Assembly (NCBI GenBank): GCA_964410385.1
Contig: CAYPHL010000008.1
Coordinates: 1-61,320 of the forward strand
DNA from: an uncultured Rikenellaceae bacterium
GTDB lineage: Bacteria > Bacteroidota > Bacteroidia > Bacteroidales > VadinHA17
Direction: 5' to 3'
DNA: 61,320 bases
The notes beneath the pieces are model-generated. The model did no database searches and was not told the DNA's origin. It saw only the letters and a program-made list of their open reading frames with translations. A program made the translations under genes and the position numbers. The stretch's first letter is position 1. The number at the start of each line of letters is the position of its first letter. Of the stretch, positions 19,339 to 28,146 are shown in pieces.

Positions 19339-20197
19339 TTCTTTCTCCGGCAATTTCGGAAAGTATATTATTTGCCAGTCGGCTCGCACCGATCCTGAAA
19401 TAATTATTGTTGAGCCATTCTTTTCCAAGGCAGTATTCAGCTATCCTGTAGTATGAAACAGCATCATTTACGGTCACTATACCGCCTGCCGGCTTGAAAC
19501 CTACCCTTATACCGGTCTCGGAGTAGAAATAGTCTATGGCTCTGCACATAACGAATGCTGCTTCAGGTGTTGCCGACACATTTATCTTCCCTGTTGATGT
19601 TTTAATAAAATCAGCTCCGGCATCCATCGCTATCATCGATGCCTTGAAGATATTTTCATTATCACCCAGCAGTCCGGATTCAATTATAACTTTCAAATGC
19701 TTTTCACCTACTACCTCCCTCATCTCTCTAATTTCATCGGCAACAGCAGCAAAATCATTGCTCAGAAATGAACCGACTGAAATTACCATATCAATTTCAT
19801 CAGCTCCGGAGTCCAGAGCCATTTTACATTCAGCCAGCTTAATTGAACGGAATGTCTGTGATGAAGGAAAACCTCCTGCAACAGATGCTATCTTTACGGT
19901 TTTCACCGTGAGTTTTTCTTTTACAAGCGGAACGAAATTAGGAAAAACACATATAGCCGCAACATTTGGGATATTCGAAAAACGCCCGGAGAAACTGTTC
20001 ACCTTTCCTGTAAGATGAAGGATATGGGTTTTATTGTCCGATGCATTAAGGCTTGTGAGATCAAGACAGTTCAGTATTGTCATCAAAAGATGCTTGTCGG
20101 GGGGGTCAGAGACGAGCTCGGATACTTTTTTAAGCTCCCTTGTTATCTCGGATTCCGACGGACATTGTTTTATCAGTTTTTCGTATAATTTGGTCAT
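19325..20197 (-). CDS. deoC: deoxyribose-phosphate aldolase
   Basis: LDLTSL, GADEIDMV, LKVIIE, GADFIKTSTGK, GFKPAGG, RIGAS. Confidence 0.95.
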   Translation of the reverse strand: MTKLYEKLIKQCPSESEITRELKKVSELVSDPPDKHLLMTILNCLDLTSLNASDNKTHILHLTGKVNSFSGRFSNIPNVAAICVFPNFVPLVKEKLTVKTVKIASVAGGFPSSQTFRSIKLAECKMALDSGADEIDMVISVGSFLSNDFAAVADEIREMREVVGEKHLKVIIESGLLGDNENIFKASMIAMDAGADFIKTSTGKINVSATPEAAFVMCRAIDYFYSETGIRVGFKPAGGIVTVNDAVSYYRIAEYCLGKEWLNNNYFRIGASRLANNILSEIAGERNDHF

Positions 20198-20302
20198 GGC
20201 AACTGGTTCATATCAGTAAAATCTGCGTTGTATTTGACGGGGGTTAATATAATGCTTTTTGTAATCCAATATTATTATCGGTTAATTTATGTTGAGGTTA
20301 AT

Positions 20303-21715
20303 TCATAAAGAAGTATTATTGGCCTTCCTGGTACTGTTCCTTGCCAGGGATGCAAAAATTCCAATAACGCACAATACTGAGAATATTACGAATCCGGTAC
20401 GCATACCGGTCATAAATCCGGGGTAGGAGGAAGGGATGATAGCCCGGTCACCCACATAAAGTGCAAGAAGCATCATTGCGATACCCATACTCATCATCTG
20501 CCCTGCCATACGCATTGTCCCGACAACTGCCGATGCAATCCCGAGATGTTTTTTCTCAACAGAGCTCATAATTGCATTTGAATTTGGTGAAGAGAATAGT
20601 CCAAAACCAGTTCCCATCAGTATAAGCAGGAAGATTATCCATATTATCGGAGTGTTGTTGTTTATAAAGCATAGCATTATCAGTCCGGCCGCAGTAAGCC
20701 CCATCCCGTATGATGCAATGATCCCGGGATTATATTTATCAGACAGTTTGCCTGAAACAGGTGATAAAAGCGCCATCATTACCGGCTGTGATATCATTAT
20801 AAGTCCTGCGCTTCTTGCATCGAAATCTTTAAGATACTGCAGGTAAAGACTGATAAAGAATCCTGTTGCAGAAGTGGCTGAATAATGAATAAGGGCAGCT
20901 ATCCCTGAGAAAGTAAATATCCTGTTGCGGAGTATGAGCCTGATATCGAACACCGGAAAAGCAATTCTGTTTTCAAACATGAGAAATACAATTCCCAGCA
21001 GGATCCCTGTTACTATCAAAGTCCATCCTGTTGCTGAAGGCAGTTTTGAAAATCCAAACATAAATGAAGCCAGTGAAATGCCATAGAATATTGATCCCCG
21101 CCAGTCGAATTTCTCTCCCTCTGCACCGGACCATTCAACCTTCATTTTCTTAAATATCAGATACAGGGAAATAATACCGGCCGGAACAAGAACAGCAAAA
21201 ACACTCCTCCAGCCCCAGTACTGAGTCATTAATCCGCCTATTACAGGCCCGCTGCTAAGTCCCGTATAAACAGCTGTTGTATTTATCCCCATTGCCCGTC
21301 CGCGTTCACCCTGACCAAAAACCGAGGTGATTATAGCCAGGCTCGTCCCAAATATCATCGCACCTGAAATACCCTGGATTATCCGGAAAATGATAAGAGA
21401 TTCAATATTCCATGAAAATGTTATAAGGAAAGTTGAAACAGTAAAAAGAAATATACCACCTGTGAAGATCTTTTTTCTGCCAATAATATCTGCAAGCCTG
21501 CCGAACGGAAGAAGAAATATGGCAGAAGCAAGAATAAAGCTGCTGACTATCCATCCTAGTTCCAGAGCAGTAGCATTAAAGTCTTTTCCTATTGCAGGAA
21601 GAGCAAGGTTTATTGCAGATCCGAGGAAAGGGGTAAGGAAAGCGGCAAACGCCGATACTGTAAGCACCGATCTTTTAAGTGTTTTATCACCGGAAGCCGT
21701 ATTATGCTCTTGCAT
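20303..21715 (-). CDS. MFS transporter, DHA2-type (14 TM)
   Basis: NLALP, GRLADIIGRK, RIIQGISGA, GPVIGG, SPNSNAIM. Confidence 0.9.
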   Translation of the reverse strand: MQEHNTASGDKTLKRSVLTVSAFAAFLTPFLGSAINLALPAIGKDFNATALELGWIVSSFILASAIFLLPFGRLADIIGRKKIFTGGIFLFTVSTFLITFSWNIESLIIFRIIQGISGAMIFGTSLAIITSVFGQGERGRAMGINTTAVYTGLSSGPVIGGLMTQYWGWRSVFAVLVPAGIISLYLIFKKMKVEWSGAEGEKFDWRGSIFYGISLASFMFGFSKLPSATGWTLIVTGILLGIVFLMFENRIAFPVFDIRLILRNRIFTFSGIAALIHYSATSATGFFISLYLQYLKDFDARSAGLIMISQPVMMALLSPVSGKLSDKYNPGIIASYGMGLTAAGLIMLCFINNNTPIIWIIFLLILMGTGFGLFSSPNSNAIMSSVEKKHLGIASAVVGTMRMAGQMMSMGIAMMLLALYVGDRAIIPSSYPGFMTGMRTGFVIFSVLCVIGIFASLARNSTRKANNTSL

Positions 21716-21720
21716 CAGAT

Positions 21721-22173
21721 TTATTCCTTGTTTTTAGTGTCAATAATAATTGTAACCGGGCCATCATTAAATATTTCAACTGTCATCATGGCTCCGAACT
21801 CACCGGTTCCGACAGGTTTGCCAAGTAATTCTGAAAGCCGGGCTACAAACTTATCATAAAGTGGAATTGCAATCGCGGGTGGCGCAGCTTTTATATAGGA
21901 TGGCCTGTTTCCCTTTTTTGTCCTGGCATGAAGTGTGAACTGGCTCACAACGGTTATCTCACCGGCAATATCAAGTACCGAAAGGTTCATTACACCGTCC
22001 GTATCATTGAATATCCTCAGCTGAACGATCTTATTGCTCAGCCATTCAACATCTTCAGAAGTGTCGGCTTCTTCAATTCCTGCAAGGATCATTAATCCTG
22101 CACCGGAAGATGCAAGGATCCCTTTGTCCGAATAAACGGAGGCCTTTACTACACGCTGGATAACTACTCTCAT
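21721..22173 (-). CDS. dtd: D-aminoacyl-tRNA deacylase
   Basis: MRVVIQRV, SQFTL, NDGPVT. The track's 26-aa extension crosses the promoter and was removed. Confidence 0.95.
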   Translation of the reverse strand: MRVVIQRVVKASVYSDKGILASSGAGLMILAGIEEADTSEDVEWLSNKIVQLRIFNDTDGVMNLSVLDIAGEITVVSQFTLHARTKKGNRPSYIKAAPPAIAIPLYDKFVARLSELLGKPVGTGEFGAMMTVEIFNDGPVTIIIDTKNKE

Positions 22174-22193
22174 ATGAACCTGGTACAGGCATG

Positions 22194-22201
22194 CAAATAT
22201 A
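22194..22201 (-). promoter_or_regulatory. sigma-A -7 box (TATATTTG) for dtd operon
   Basis: Exact TAnnTTTG followed by CA, 20 nt upstream of ATG. Confidence 0.6.
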
Positions 22202-22237
22202 AGATCAATTTCATAAGTCAAAACTTGATTTTTCATG

Positions 22238-22245
22238 TACATTTG
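22238..22245 (+). promoter_or_regulatory. sigma-A -7 box (TACATTTG) for mntP
   Basis: Exact TAnnTTTG 17 nt upstream of ATG. Confidence 0.6.
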
Positions 22246-22262
22246 CGGCACAATAGAATTTT

Positions 22263-22823
22263 ATGGATCTTTTAACAATTACTGCAGTAGCACTCGGCCT
22301 CTCTTTTGATACTTTCGCAGTCTCTCTTTCGTTCGGCGTTGTTAAAAACAAAATATTGTTCCGCCAGGCTGTCAGGGTCGCCCTTGTATTTGCAGTATTC
22401 CAGGCGGGATTTCTTGTTGCAGGATATTTCCTCGGGTCCGTAATAAGCGACCTTGTAAAAGCTGCAGACCACTGGATCGCACTTATCCTGCTGTCTTTTC
22501 TGGGAATAAGGATGATAGTTGAAGGTCTGAGAAGAAAAGAAGGTGATGAGGTCAGGGATTATACAAAAACACTTACTCTGTTTGCAACCGCTGTCGGTAC
22601 CAGTATCGATGCATTTGCAGTAGGAATAAGCTTTGCTTTCCTCGATATCAGAATATGGATATCAGGTGTGATAATTGGTGCGGTTACGTTTCTTGCATCA
22701 ATGACAGCAATAAGAATAGGGAAATCTGCCGGGGCCAGGCTTGGTCAGAAAGTCGAAATTGCAGGGGGTCTGATACTTATTGCAATAGGGGTTAAAATAT
22801 TTGTTGAACACATGTTTGGATAG
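22263..22823 (+). CDS. mntP: manganese efflux pump MntP family
   Basis: Two repeats ALGLSFDTFAVS / TSIDAFAVG, DHW, GGLILIAIG. Confidence 0.9.
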   Translation: MDLLTITAVALGLSFDTFAVSLSFGVVKNKILFRQAVRVALVFAVFQAGFLVAGYFLGSVISDLVKAADHWIALILLSFLGIRMIVEGLRRKEGDEVRDYTKTLTLFATAVGTSIDAFAVGISFAFLDIRIWISGVIIGAVTFLASMTAIRIGKSAGARLGQKVEIAGGLILIAIGVKIFVEHMFG

Positions 22824-22825
22824 AA

Positions 22826-23611
22826 TCATATCGGGACGGATCGTCTTTCCCGGTTGCTGAATGTTACAACCGAAGTAAATCCGGAATCTCTGAGTAACCT
22901 GTAAGCTTCATCGAAATACTGGCCCACTCTCGATGGCATATGTGCGTCGGAATTCACACAGACCGGGACCTTCTCCTCACTGAATAAATGCAGATATCTC
23001 CTGTCGGGGTAAAAATCAGCCAGCGGCCTGTTCTTTCCGTTGGTGTTGACCTCAAATGCAACATTATTCTTCTTCATCTGCCTTGCCAGCCTCCGGTAAT
23101 ATGGTTCGGGATCAAAAGAAGGTTTATACCCGAATATCCTGATCAGATCAGGATGACCGATAATATCAAACAAGCCTGATCCGACCGCCATTCCAACCAT
23201 ATTAAAATATGTTTCGAACAAGCGGTCGAAGCTTTTACCTGCATAAAATTCAGGACCTTCATCTACTGTTTTCTCTCCCAGGTAATGGACTGATCCTATC
23301 CTGTAATCCAGAGCCAGACCATCGAGGAATTTTGCTGTCTCATTTTCTTTCCCCTCAAGATAATCGACCTCCAGCCCCTTCCTTATTATTATCTTTTCTG
23401 TGCGGTTTTTAAGATTATCAATATAATCCAGGTAAGTAATGACATTCCCCGGATCCATCAGCCAGTCCTGATCCTCCTTGAACAGGGCAAGATGTTCCGA
23501 GAATCCAATCTCGGAGATACCTTTTTCAATTGCCGGTGCAATATAATCCTCAGGAACAGCCTTCCCGTCACTGAAGGTCGTATGAATATGGTAATCTGTA
23601 ATCTTTTTCAT
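22826..23611 (-). CDS. PHP-family histidinol-phosphatase (HisJ/HisK type)
   Basis: DYHIHT, SEH, GLEVDY, IGSVH, GHPDL, FEVNT, NSDAH. Confidence 0.85.
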   Translation of the reverse strand: MKKITDYHIHTTFSDGKAVPEDYIAPAIEKGISEIGFSEHLALFKEDQDWLMDPGNVITYLDYIDNLKNRTEKIIIRKGLEVDYLEGKENETAKFLDGLALDYRIGSVHYLGEKTVDEGPEFYAGKSFDRLFETYFNMVGMAVGSGLFDIIGHPDLIRIFGYKPSFDPEPYYRRLARQMKKNNVAFEVNTNGKNRPLADFYPDRRYLHLFSEEKVPVCVNSDAHMPSRVGQYFDEAYRLLRDSGFTSVVTFSNRERRSVPI

Positions 23612-23642
23612 TTACAATCAGTTAATATGAGTATCTGTATTT

Positions 23643-23696
23643 ATTATCTACGTATTATAATACGTTTTTAAAAACGTATTATAATACGTAGATAAT
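23643..23696. repeat. perfect 54-bp palindrome containing two 16-bp self-palindromes
   Basis: ATTATCTACGTATTATAATACGTTTTT|AAAAACGTATTATAATACGTAGATAAT; ACGTATTATAATACGT at 23650-23665 and 23674-23689. Confidence 0.95.
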
Positions 23697-23820
23697 TTCA
23701 ATAACAGTTACATTTCCATGAACTTCCGTACAGAATCCCGGGAAAGTAACAATTTCTCAAATTAGCTCCAAATTTGTCAATAAAACAAACCGCTTAATTA
23801 AATATTGATCAGGAAAAATG

Positions 23821-23828
23821 TAAATTTG
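23821..23828 (+). promoter_or_regulatory. sigma-A -7 box (TAAATTTG) for Crp/Fnr gene
   Basis: Exact TAnnTTTG 16 nt upstream of ATG. Confidence 0.6.
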
Positions 23829-23844
23829 TCAGATTGCAGGAATT

Positions 23845-24540
23845 ATGGAGTTAAAAAACAAGAATTGTATTTGCGAAACCTGTGAATTCAGGCATATAGT
23901 TTTTTCTTATCTCGATGATAATGGAATACTGGAACTGTGCGATAATAAGATTGAACAGGCCTTCAGGAAAGGAGAGATAATCAATCGCGAAGGAGAACCG
24001 GTAACAAGTTTTAAATATCTGAAAAGCGGACTTGTAAAGCTTTTCAGGACTACCCCATCGGGAGAGGAACAGGTAATTACAATTACCCGTCCTTTTGAAT
24101 TTGTAAGCAATATGAGTGTTTTTTCCGGGGAAAAGTACCGTTATTCGGTATCAGCCCTTGAAGATTCCGTAGTTTGTATAGTAAAGCTTTCATTTATTAA
24201 AGACCTCTTCCTGAAAAATGGTGCTTTTGCCATGGGTCTTCTTACGCGGATGGCTGAGATTAATGAAAAGATCATCGGGCAGGCTCTCGATCTCAGGCAG
24301 AAAAACCTGATCGGCCGTATTGCTTATGTTATCCTTTATTTCAGCAAAGAGATCTATAACTCAAGAATATTCGACATGCCTGTCTCCAGAAAAGAGATCG
24401 CTGATTTTATAGGAATGAGTACCGCCAATGTTATCCGGACAATGTCAGAGTTCAAAAAGGATGGGATAATAAAAATTGATGGAAAAACAATTGAGGTAGC
24501 GGATATTAGCAAACTTGAAATACTCTCCCGGCGAGGCTGA
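23845..24540 (+). CDS. Crp/Fnr family regulator with N-terminal Cys cluster
   Basis: cNMP-binding fold (FRKGEII, SGLVKL), C-terminal HTH SRKEIADFIGMSTANVIR; CICETC near N-terminus and VVC in the beta-roll. Confidence 0.9.
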   Translation: MELKNKNCICETCEFRHIVFSYLDDNGILELCDNKIEQAFRKGEIINREGEPVTSFKYLKSGLVKLFRTTPSGEEQVITITRPFEFVSNMSVFSGEKYRYSVSALEDSVVCIVKLSFIKDLFLKNGAFAMGLLTRMAEINEKIIGQALDLRQKNLIGRIAYVILYFSKEIYNSRIFDMPVSRKEIADFIGMSTANVIRTMSEFKKDGIIKIDGKTIEVADISKLEILSRRG

Positions 24541-24566
24541 TAATCCATTTTTTCAAATAATACCCG

Positions 24567-26513
24567 ATGAAGAGATTTGCCCTGTTTTTATGCTTGCTGA
24601 TTGTTACAACAGCAATTTCCTCCCAACCCCTGCCTCAATCTCAACCTAAGCCTCAGCCTCAGCCTCAGGAGGTTCAGAAGCCCGTAGGACAGGTTAATTA
24701 TACCCTTTCAGGAATGAGGCACGGAGTAAATTATTTTCCTGAAGTCCGGCTGGCAAATGTTCAGTATGAGACAGGAAAGGAGCTCACTTTTGACAATTAC
24801 CATTCCCTCAATGTCATCTATGACTGGCTCGACATCTGGGCTGAAAAGTACAAAGATCTTGTTGAGCTTTACGAAGTCGGCAGAAGCTTTGAAGGCAGGC
24901 CTATGATGCAAATTACTGTTACAAATAAAAAAACCGGAAAAGATACAGATAAGCCTGCGGCATTTTTTGAAGGAGGCCGTCACAGCGGTGAGGTTACCGG
25001 ATCAGAGACTGTTCTATGGCTTACAAAATTCCTCCTGGAGAATTATGGGACTGATCCGGATATAACTCATCTTCTTGATACCAAAACCATCTATTTACGT
25101 CCGGTGAATAATCCCGACGGGCATAACCTCTATCTCCATACCGCCCAGAGCAACAGGAGTACCGTACGTCCGGTTGATAACGACGGCGATGGTCTGCTGG
25201 ATGAAGACGCTCCTGACGATCTCGACAATAACGGGATAATCCATAATATGAGGTGGAAAGATGATAAGAAGGGGAATCTCATACCCGATCCTAAAGATCC
25301 TTCAGGAAGTATAATGAAACGGGTTGCCCCGGGAAAAGGTATCTATCTTTCTGCATCCGAAGGCATTGATAATGATAATGACGGCCGGATTAATGAGGAT
25401 GGTATCGGAGGACTGGACCTTCACAGGAACTATCCCGAGAACTGGAGACCTCTGAAGGAAGAAACCGGACGGGGATTTACCCAGGGAGGGGCAGGAGAAT
25501 ACCCCCTCAGCGAATCTGAAACAAGGGCAGTAGTGACTTTCCTTCTTGCACATCCAAATGTTTATGTGGTTAATTCCATGGATACAAGTGTACCCATGCA
25601 CCTCAGACCACCATCAACCTCAGGATCCGAAGAAAGAATGTACCCCGAAGACTTAAAATGGTATAAATACTTTGATGATCTGGGAAAGAAGATAACCGGG
25701 TATGACAAAGCCGGAGATGTTTATAATGATTATGGCAGCGGAAGCCCTCTGTTCGGTCATGGCCCTGACTTCGGATACTGGTATTTCGGCTCGGTCTGGT
25801 ATGGCGATGAAATATGGAACAGCGGCAGGTTCGGGGACCTTAACGGGGATAGTATAACTGATCAGATTGACATGCTGATATGGGATAATAAAGAGAACAA
25901 CGGAGAAGGTTTCAGCGAATGGAAACCGGCCAGACACCCTGTTTATGGAGATATTGAAACTGGCGGATTTGATCCTAAGTTCTTCTCCCAGAATCCACCG
26001 GCACGCTTTCTTGAAAAATGGATCAGGAACCAGGCTTCATTCAATATCGAAATGGTAAAACATCTTCCCGAACTGGAATGGGAAAAAATTGAAAGCAGAA
26101 AAACCAGATCATATAAAACCGATTCTGCAGATTATCAGGTTAAGGTAAGTTTCAGGAACAAGGGAAAGCTCCCAACGGCATTTAAACAGGCTCACCTTGT
26201 TAAGATCGTTACTGAGGACAGGGTTGTCCTCGAACTTGATACAACTGGAACTTCAGCTGGAACAACGGGTTATAAAGTACTTAATGAAGAAAAAGTACAA
26301 ACGGGACGTGAAAGAAGAGGATCCATGCAGTTTAATGATCAGCCTCCGCAAAGACGACCTGTCTTTAAAACAGTACCCTATACGGATGGAGGATCAGTAA
26401 CAACAGCTGTTTTCAATATCAGACTTTATAAACGGAATGAATTATCAGGTAAGGCAAGCGTTTATTCAACAAGAGGAGGGATATTAAAAGATAAGGATTT
26501 TATTATCAGGTAG
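24567..26513 (+). CDS. secreted M14-family zinc carboxypeptidase
   Basis: Signal peptide; GRSFEGR, HSGE, NNPDG, DLHRNY, PLSESET; several Dx[DN]xDG-like Ca-binding loops. Confidence 0.88.
   Translation: MKRFALFLCLLIVTTAISSQPLPQSQPKPQPQPQEVQKPVGQVNYTLSGMRHGVNYFPEVRLANVQYETGKELTFDNYHSLNVIYDWLDIWAEKYKDLVELYEVGRSFEGRPMMQITVTNKKTGKDTDKPAAFFEGGRHSGEVTGSETVLWLTKFLLENYGTDPDITHLLDTKTIYLRPVNNPDGHNLYLHTAQSNRSTVRPVDNDGDGLLDEDAPDDLDNNGIIHNMRWKDDKKGNLIPDPKDPSGSIMKRVAPGKGIYLSASEGIDNDNDGRINEDGIGGLDLHRNYPENWRPLKEETGRGFTQGGAGEYPLSESETRAVVTFLLAHPNVYVVNSMDTSVPMHLRPPSTSGSEERMYPEDLKWYKYFDDLGKKITGYDKAGDVYNDYGSGSPLFGHGPDFGYWYFGSVWYGDEIWNSGRFGDLNGDSITDQIDMLIWDNKENNGEGFSEWKPARHPVYGDIETGGFDPKFFSQNPPARFLEKWIRNQASFNIEMVKHLPELEWEKIESRKTRSYKTDSADYQVKVSFRNKGKLPTAFKQAHLVKIVTEDRVVLELDTTGTSAGTTGYKVLNEEKVQTGRERRGSMQFNDQPPQRRPVFKTVPYTDGGSVTTAVFNIRLYKRNELSGKASVYSTRGGILKDKDFIIR
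24621..24668 (+). repeat. hexamer repeat encoding SQPLPQSQPKPQPQPQ
   Basis: CCTCAG/CCTCAA/TCTCAA units; 24633-24655 matches polA 13620-13642 at 22 of 23 nt. Confidence 0.85.
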
Positions 26514-26594
26514 AGGGAGGACGATAATAATTTATATTTTAGCCGCGAAAAATTTCAGACAACCAGAATAGACTACATTTAATCAGATCACTAT

Positions 26595-28127
26595 ATGAAA
26601 ATTGAAGAACACAGCATAAGGGATATCCCCCGCAGGCGCTTTCTTGAGCTGGGAATGAAAGGAGGATTGCTGATTGCAGCATCACCTGCTCTTTTGTCTC
26701 AGCTGGTATCCTGCAGCAGCAGTAATACGGCTTCTCCCGGTTTGAATATTGATAACGCTACTCTCGGCAAAGTCATTGCCAGGGCTCTTTCCCGGGGAGG
26801 TGATTTTGCTGATATCTATCTCGAAAACCGTATCTCGAGGCAGATAACTATGGAAGAATCACAATTCAGGGGCGGCTTATATGGTATAAGCCAGGGAGCC
26901 GGTGTCAGAGTTATTTCAGGAAATAAGACCGGGTATGCTTATACTGATGAGATAACTGAAGCTAAACTTCTGAGAGCTGCCGAAGTGGCTTCTTACGTGG
27001 CTCAGAATGGCAGTCCTGCCACACCCGTGAATATTACTTCCGCGAGCCGGCCATCCTTTGTTACTGTTAAATTACCGCTTGGCGAAATTTCGGATGAGAA
27101 AAGAATAGAGATCATAAAAAGGGCCGACCAGGCAGCAAAAGATTATGATCCGCGGATCAAAATGGCAATGATTGAGTATAATGATGAAGTAAGGAGCCGC
27201 GTGATAGCTAACAGCGAGGGATTATATCTCAGGGATGAGCTTCCGCTTCTTTTCTTTATCGTTCAGGTGATGAGTGATAACGGATCAGCCCGTCATATGG
27301 CACGTGAAAGATTAAGTCTTCATTCCGGTTTTGAGATGTTTGATACGGTCACTCCGGAAACTGTAGCCCGGAATGCAGCAAGGGAAGCTGTTGCAATGCT
27401 CGATGCAGAAGATGCACCTGCCGGAATGATGGATGTTGTAATGCAGAATGGCTGGGGAGGAGTCCTTGTCCATGAAGCCGTAGGCCATCCTCTCGAAGCC
27501 GATAATATTGCAAAAGAGGTCGGGGCATTTACAGGAAAGCTGGGACTGAAGGTTGCAAATGAATGCTTTACAATGGTTGACGATGGTACCCTGCCAAATT
27601 TCAGGGGAACTATCAATTTTGATGATGAGGGAACAGAAGCAAAACGGAACGTATTAATTGAGAATGGAGTTCTGAAGGGATTCATGACCGACATTCTCAG
27701 TGCCCGGCAACTTTCAATGGAAAGGACCGGTAACGGAAGAAGAGAATCATTCAGGTACATCCCGATACCACGTATGACAAATACCTTCATTGAGAACGGG
27801 AAAGATAATCCGGAAGATATCCTTGCATCCACAAAGAAAGGTATCTATGTCCAGAGCCTCAGCGGGGGTAGTGTTAATCCTGTAACCGGGGTCTTCAACT
27901 TTACATGCAGGGAAGCTTACCTTATCGAGAACGGTAAAAAGACCAGACCTGTTAAAGGAGCTACACTTATAGGATCCTGCATGGATGTTATTTCAAATAT
28001 TGATGCTGTGGGGAACGACCTTGCATTCGGTCCCGGGATATGCGGAAAAGGCCAGTCTGCTGAAGTTACAGCAGGCCAGCCGACAGTGAGGATCAGAGGA
28101 ATTAATGTTGGTGGCAGCAGAGCTTAA
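26595..28127 (+). CDS. tldD: TldD metalloprotease subunit with Tat-lipoprotein signal
   Basis: GAGVRV, HEAVGH (HExxxH), DDEG, TGNGRR, RMTNT, C-terminal ICGK; N-terminal RRRFLE and LVS-C40. Confidence 0.92.
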   Translation: MKIEEHSIRDIPRRRFLELGMKGGLLIAASPALLSQLVSCSSSNTASPGLNIDNATLGKVIARALSRGGDFADIYLENRISRQITMEESQFRGGLYGISQGAGVRVISGNKTGYAYTDEITEAKLLRAAEVASYVAQNGSPATPVNITSASRPSFVTVKLPLGEISDEKRIEIIKRADQAAKDYDPRIKMAMIEYNDEVRSRVIANSEGLYLRDELPLLFFIVQVMSDNGSARHMARERLSLHSGFEMFDTVTPETVARNAAREAVAMLDAEDAPAGMMDVVMQNGWGGVLVHEAVGHPLEADNIAKEVGAFTGKLGLKVANECFTMVDDGTLPNFRGTINFDDEGTEAKRNVLIENGVLKGFMTDILSARQLSMERTGNGRRESFRYIPIPRMTNTFIENGKDNPEDILASTKKGIYVQSLSGGSVNPVTGVFNFTCREAYLIENGKKTRPVKGATLIGSCMDVISNIDAVGNDLAFGPGICGKGQSAEVTAGQPTVRIRGINVGGSRA

Positions 28128-28146
28128 ACAATCAACAAGGGAAAAA

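Noticed and set aside
22174-22262. yybP-ykoY Mn riboswitch upstream of mntP
   Set aside because: The 89-nt gap holds two divergent promoters and leaves a leader of under 20 nt, too short for the aptamer.
23643-23696. Protelomerase (telRL-like) target site
   Set aside because: Length is similar to phage tel palindromes, but there is no protelomerase or phage gene, no recognisable core, and it sits in an ordinary divergent promoter.
23685-23712. Fourth ECF-like promoter TGTAAC-N18-CGTA facing the PHP gene
   Set aside because: Spacer is longer than at the other three sites and the -10 is part of the palindrome.
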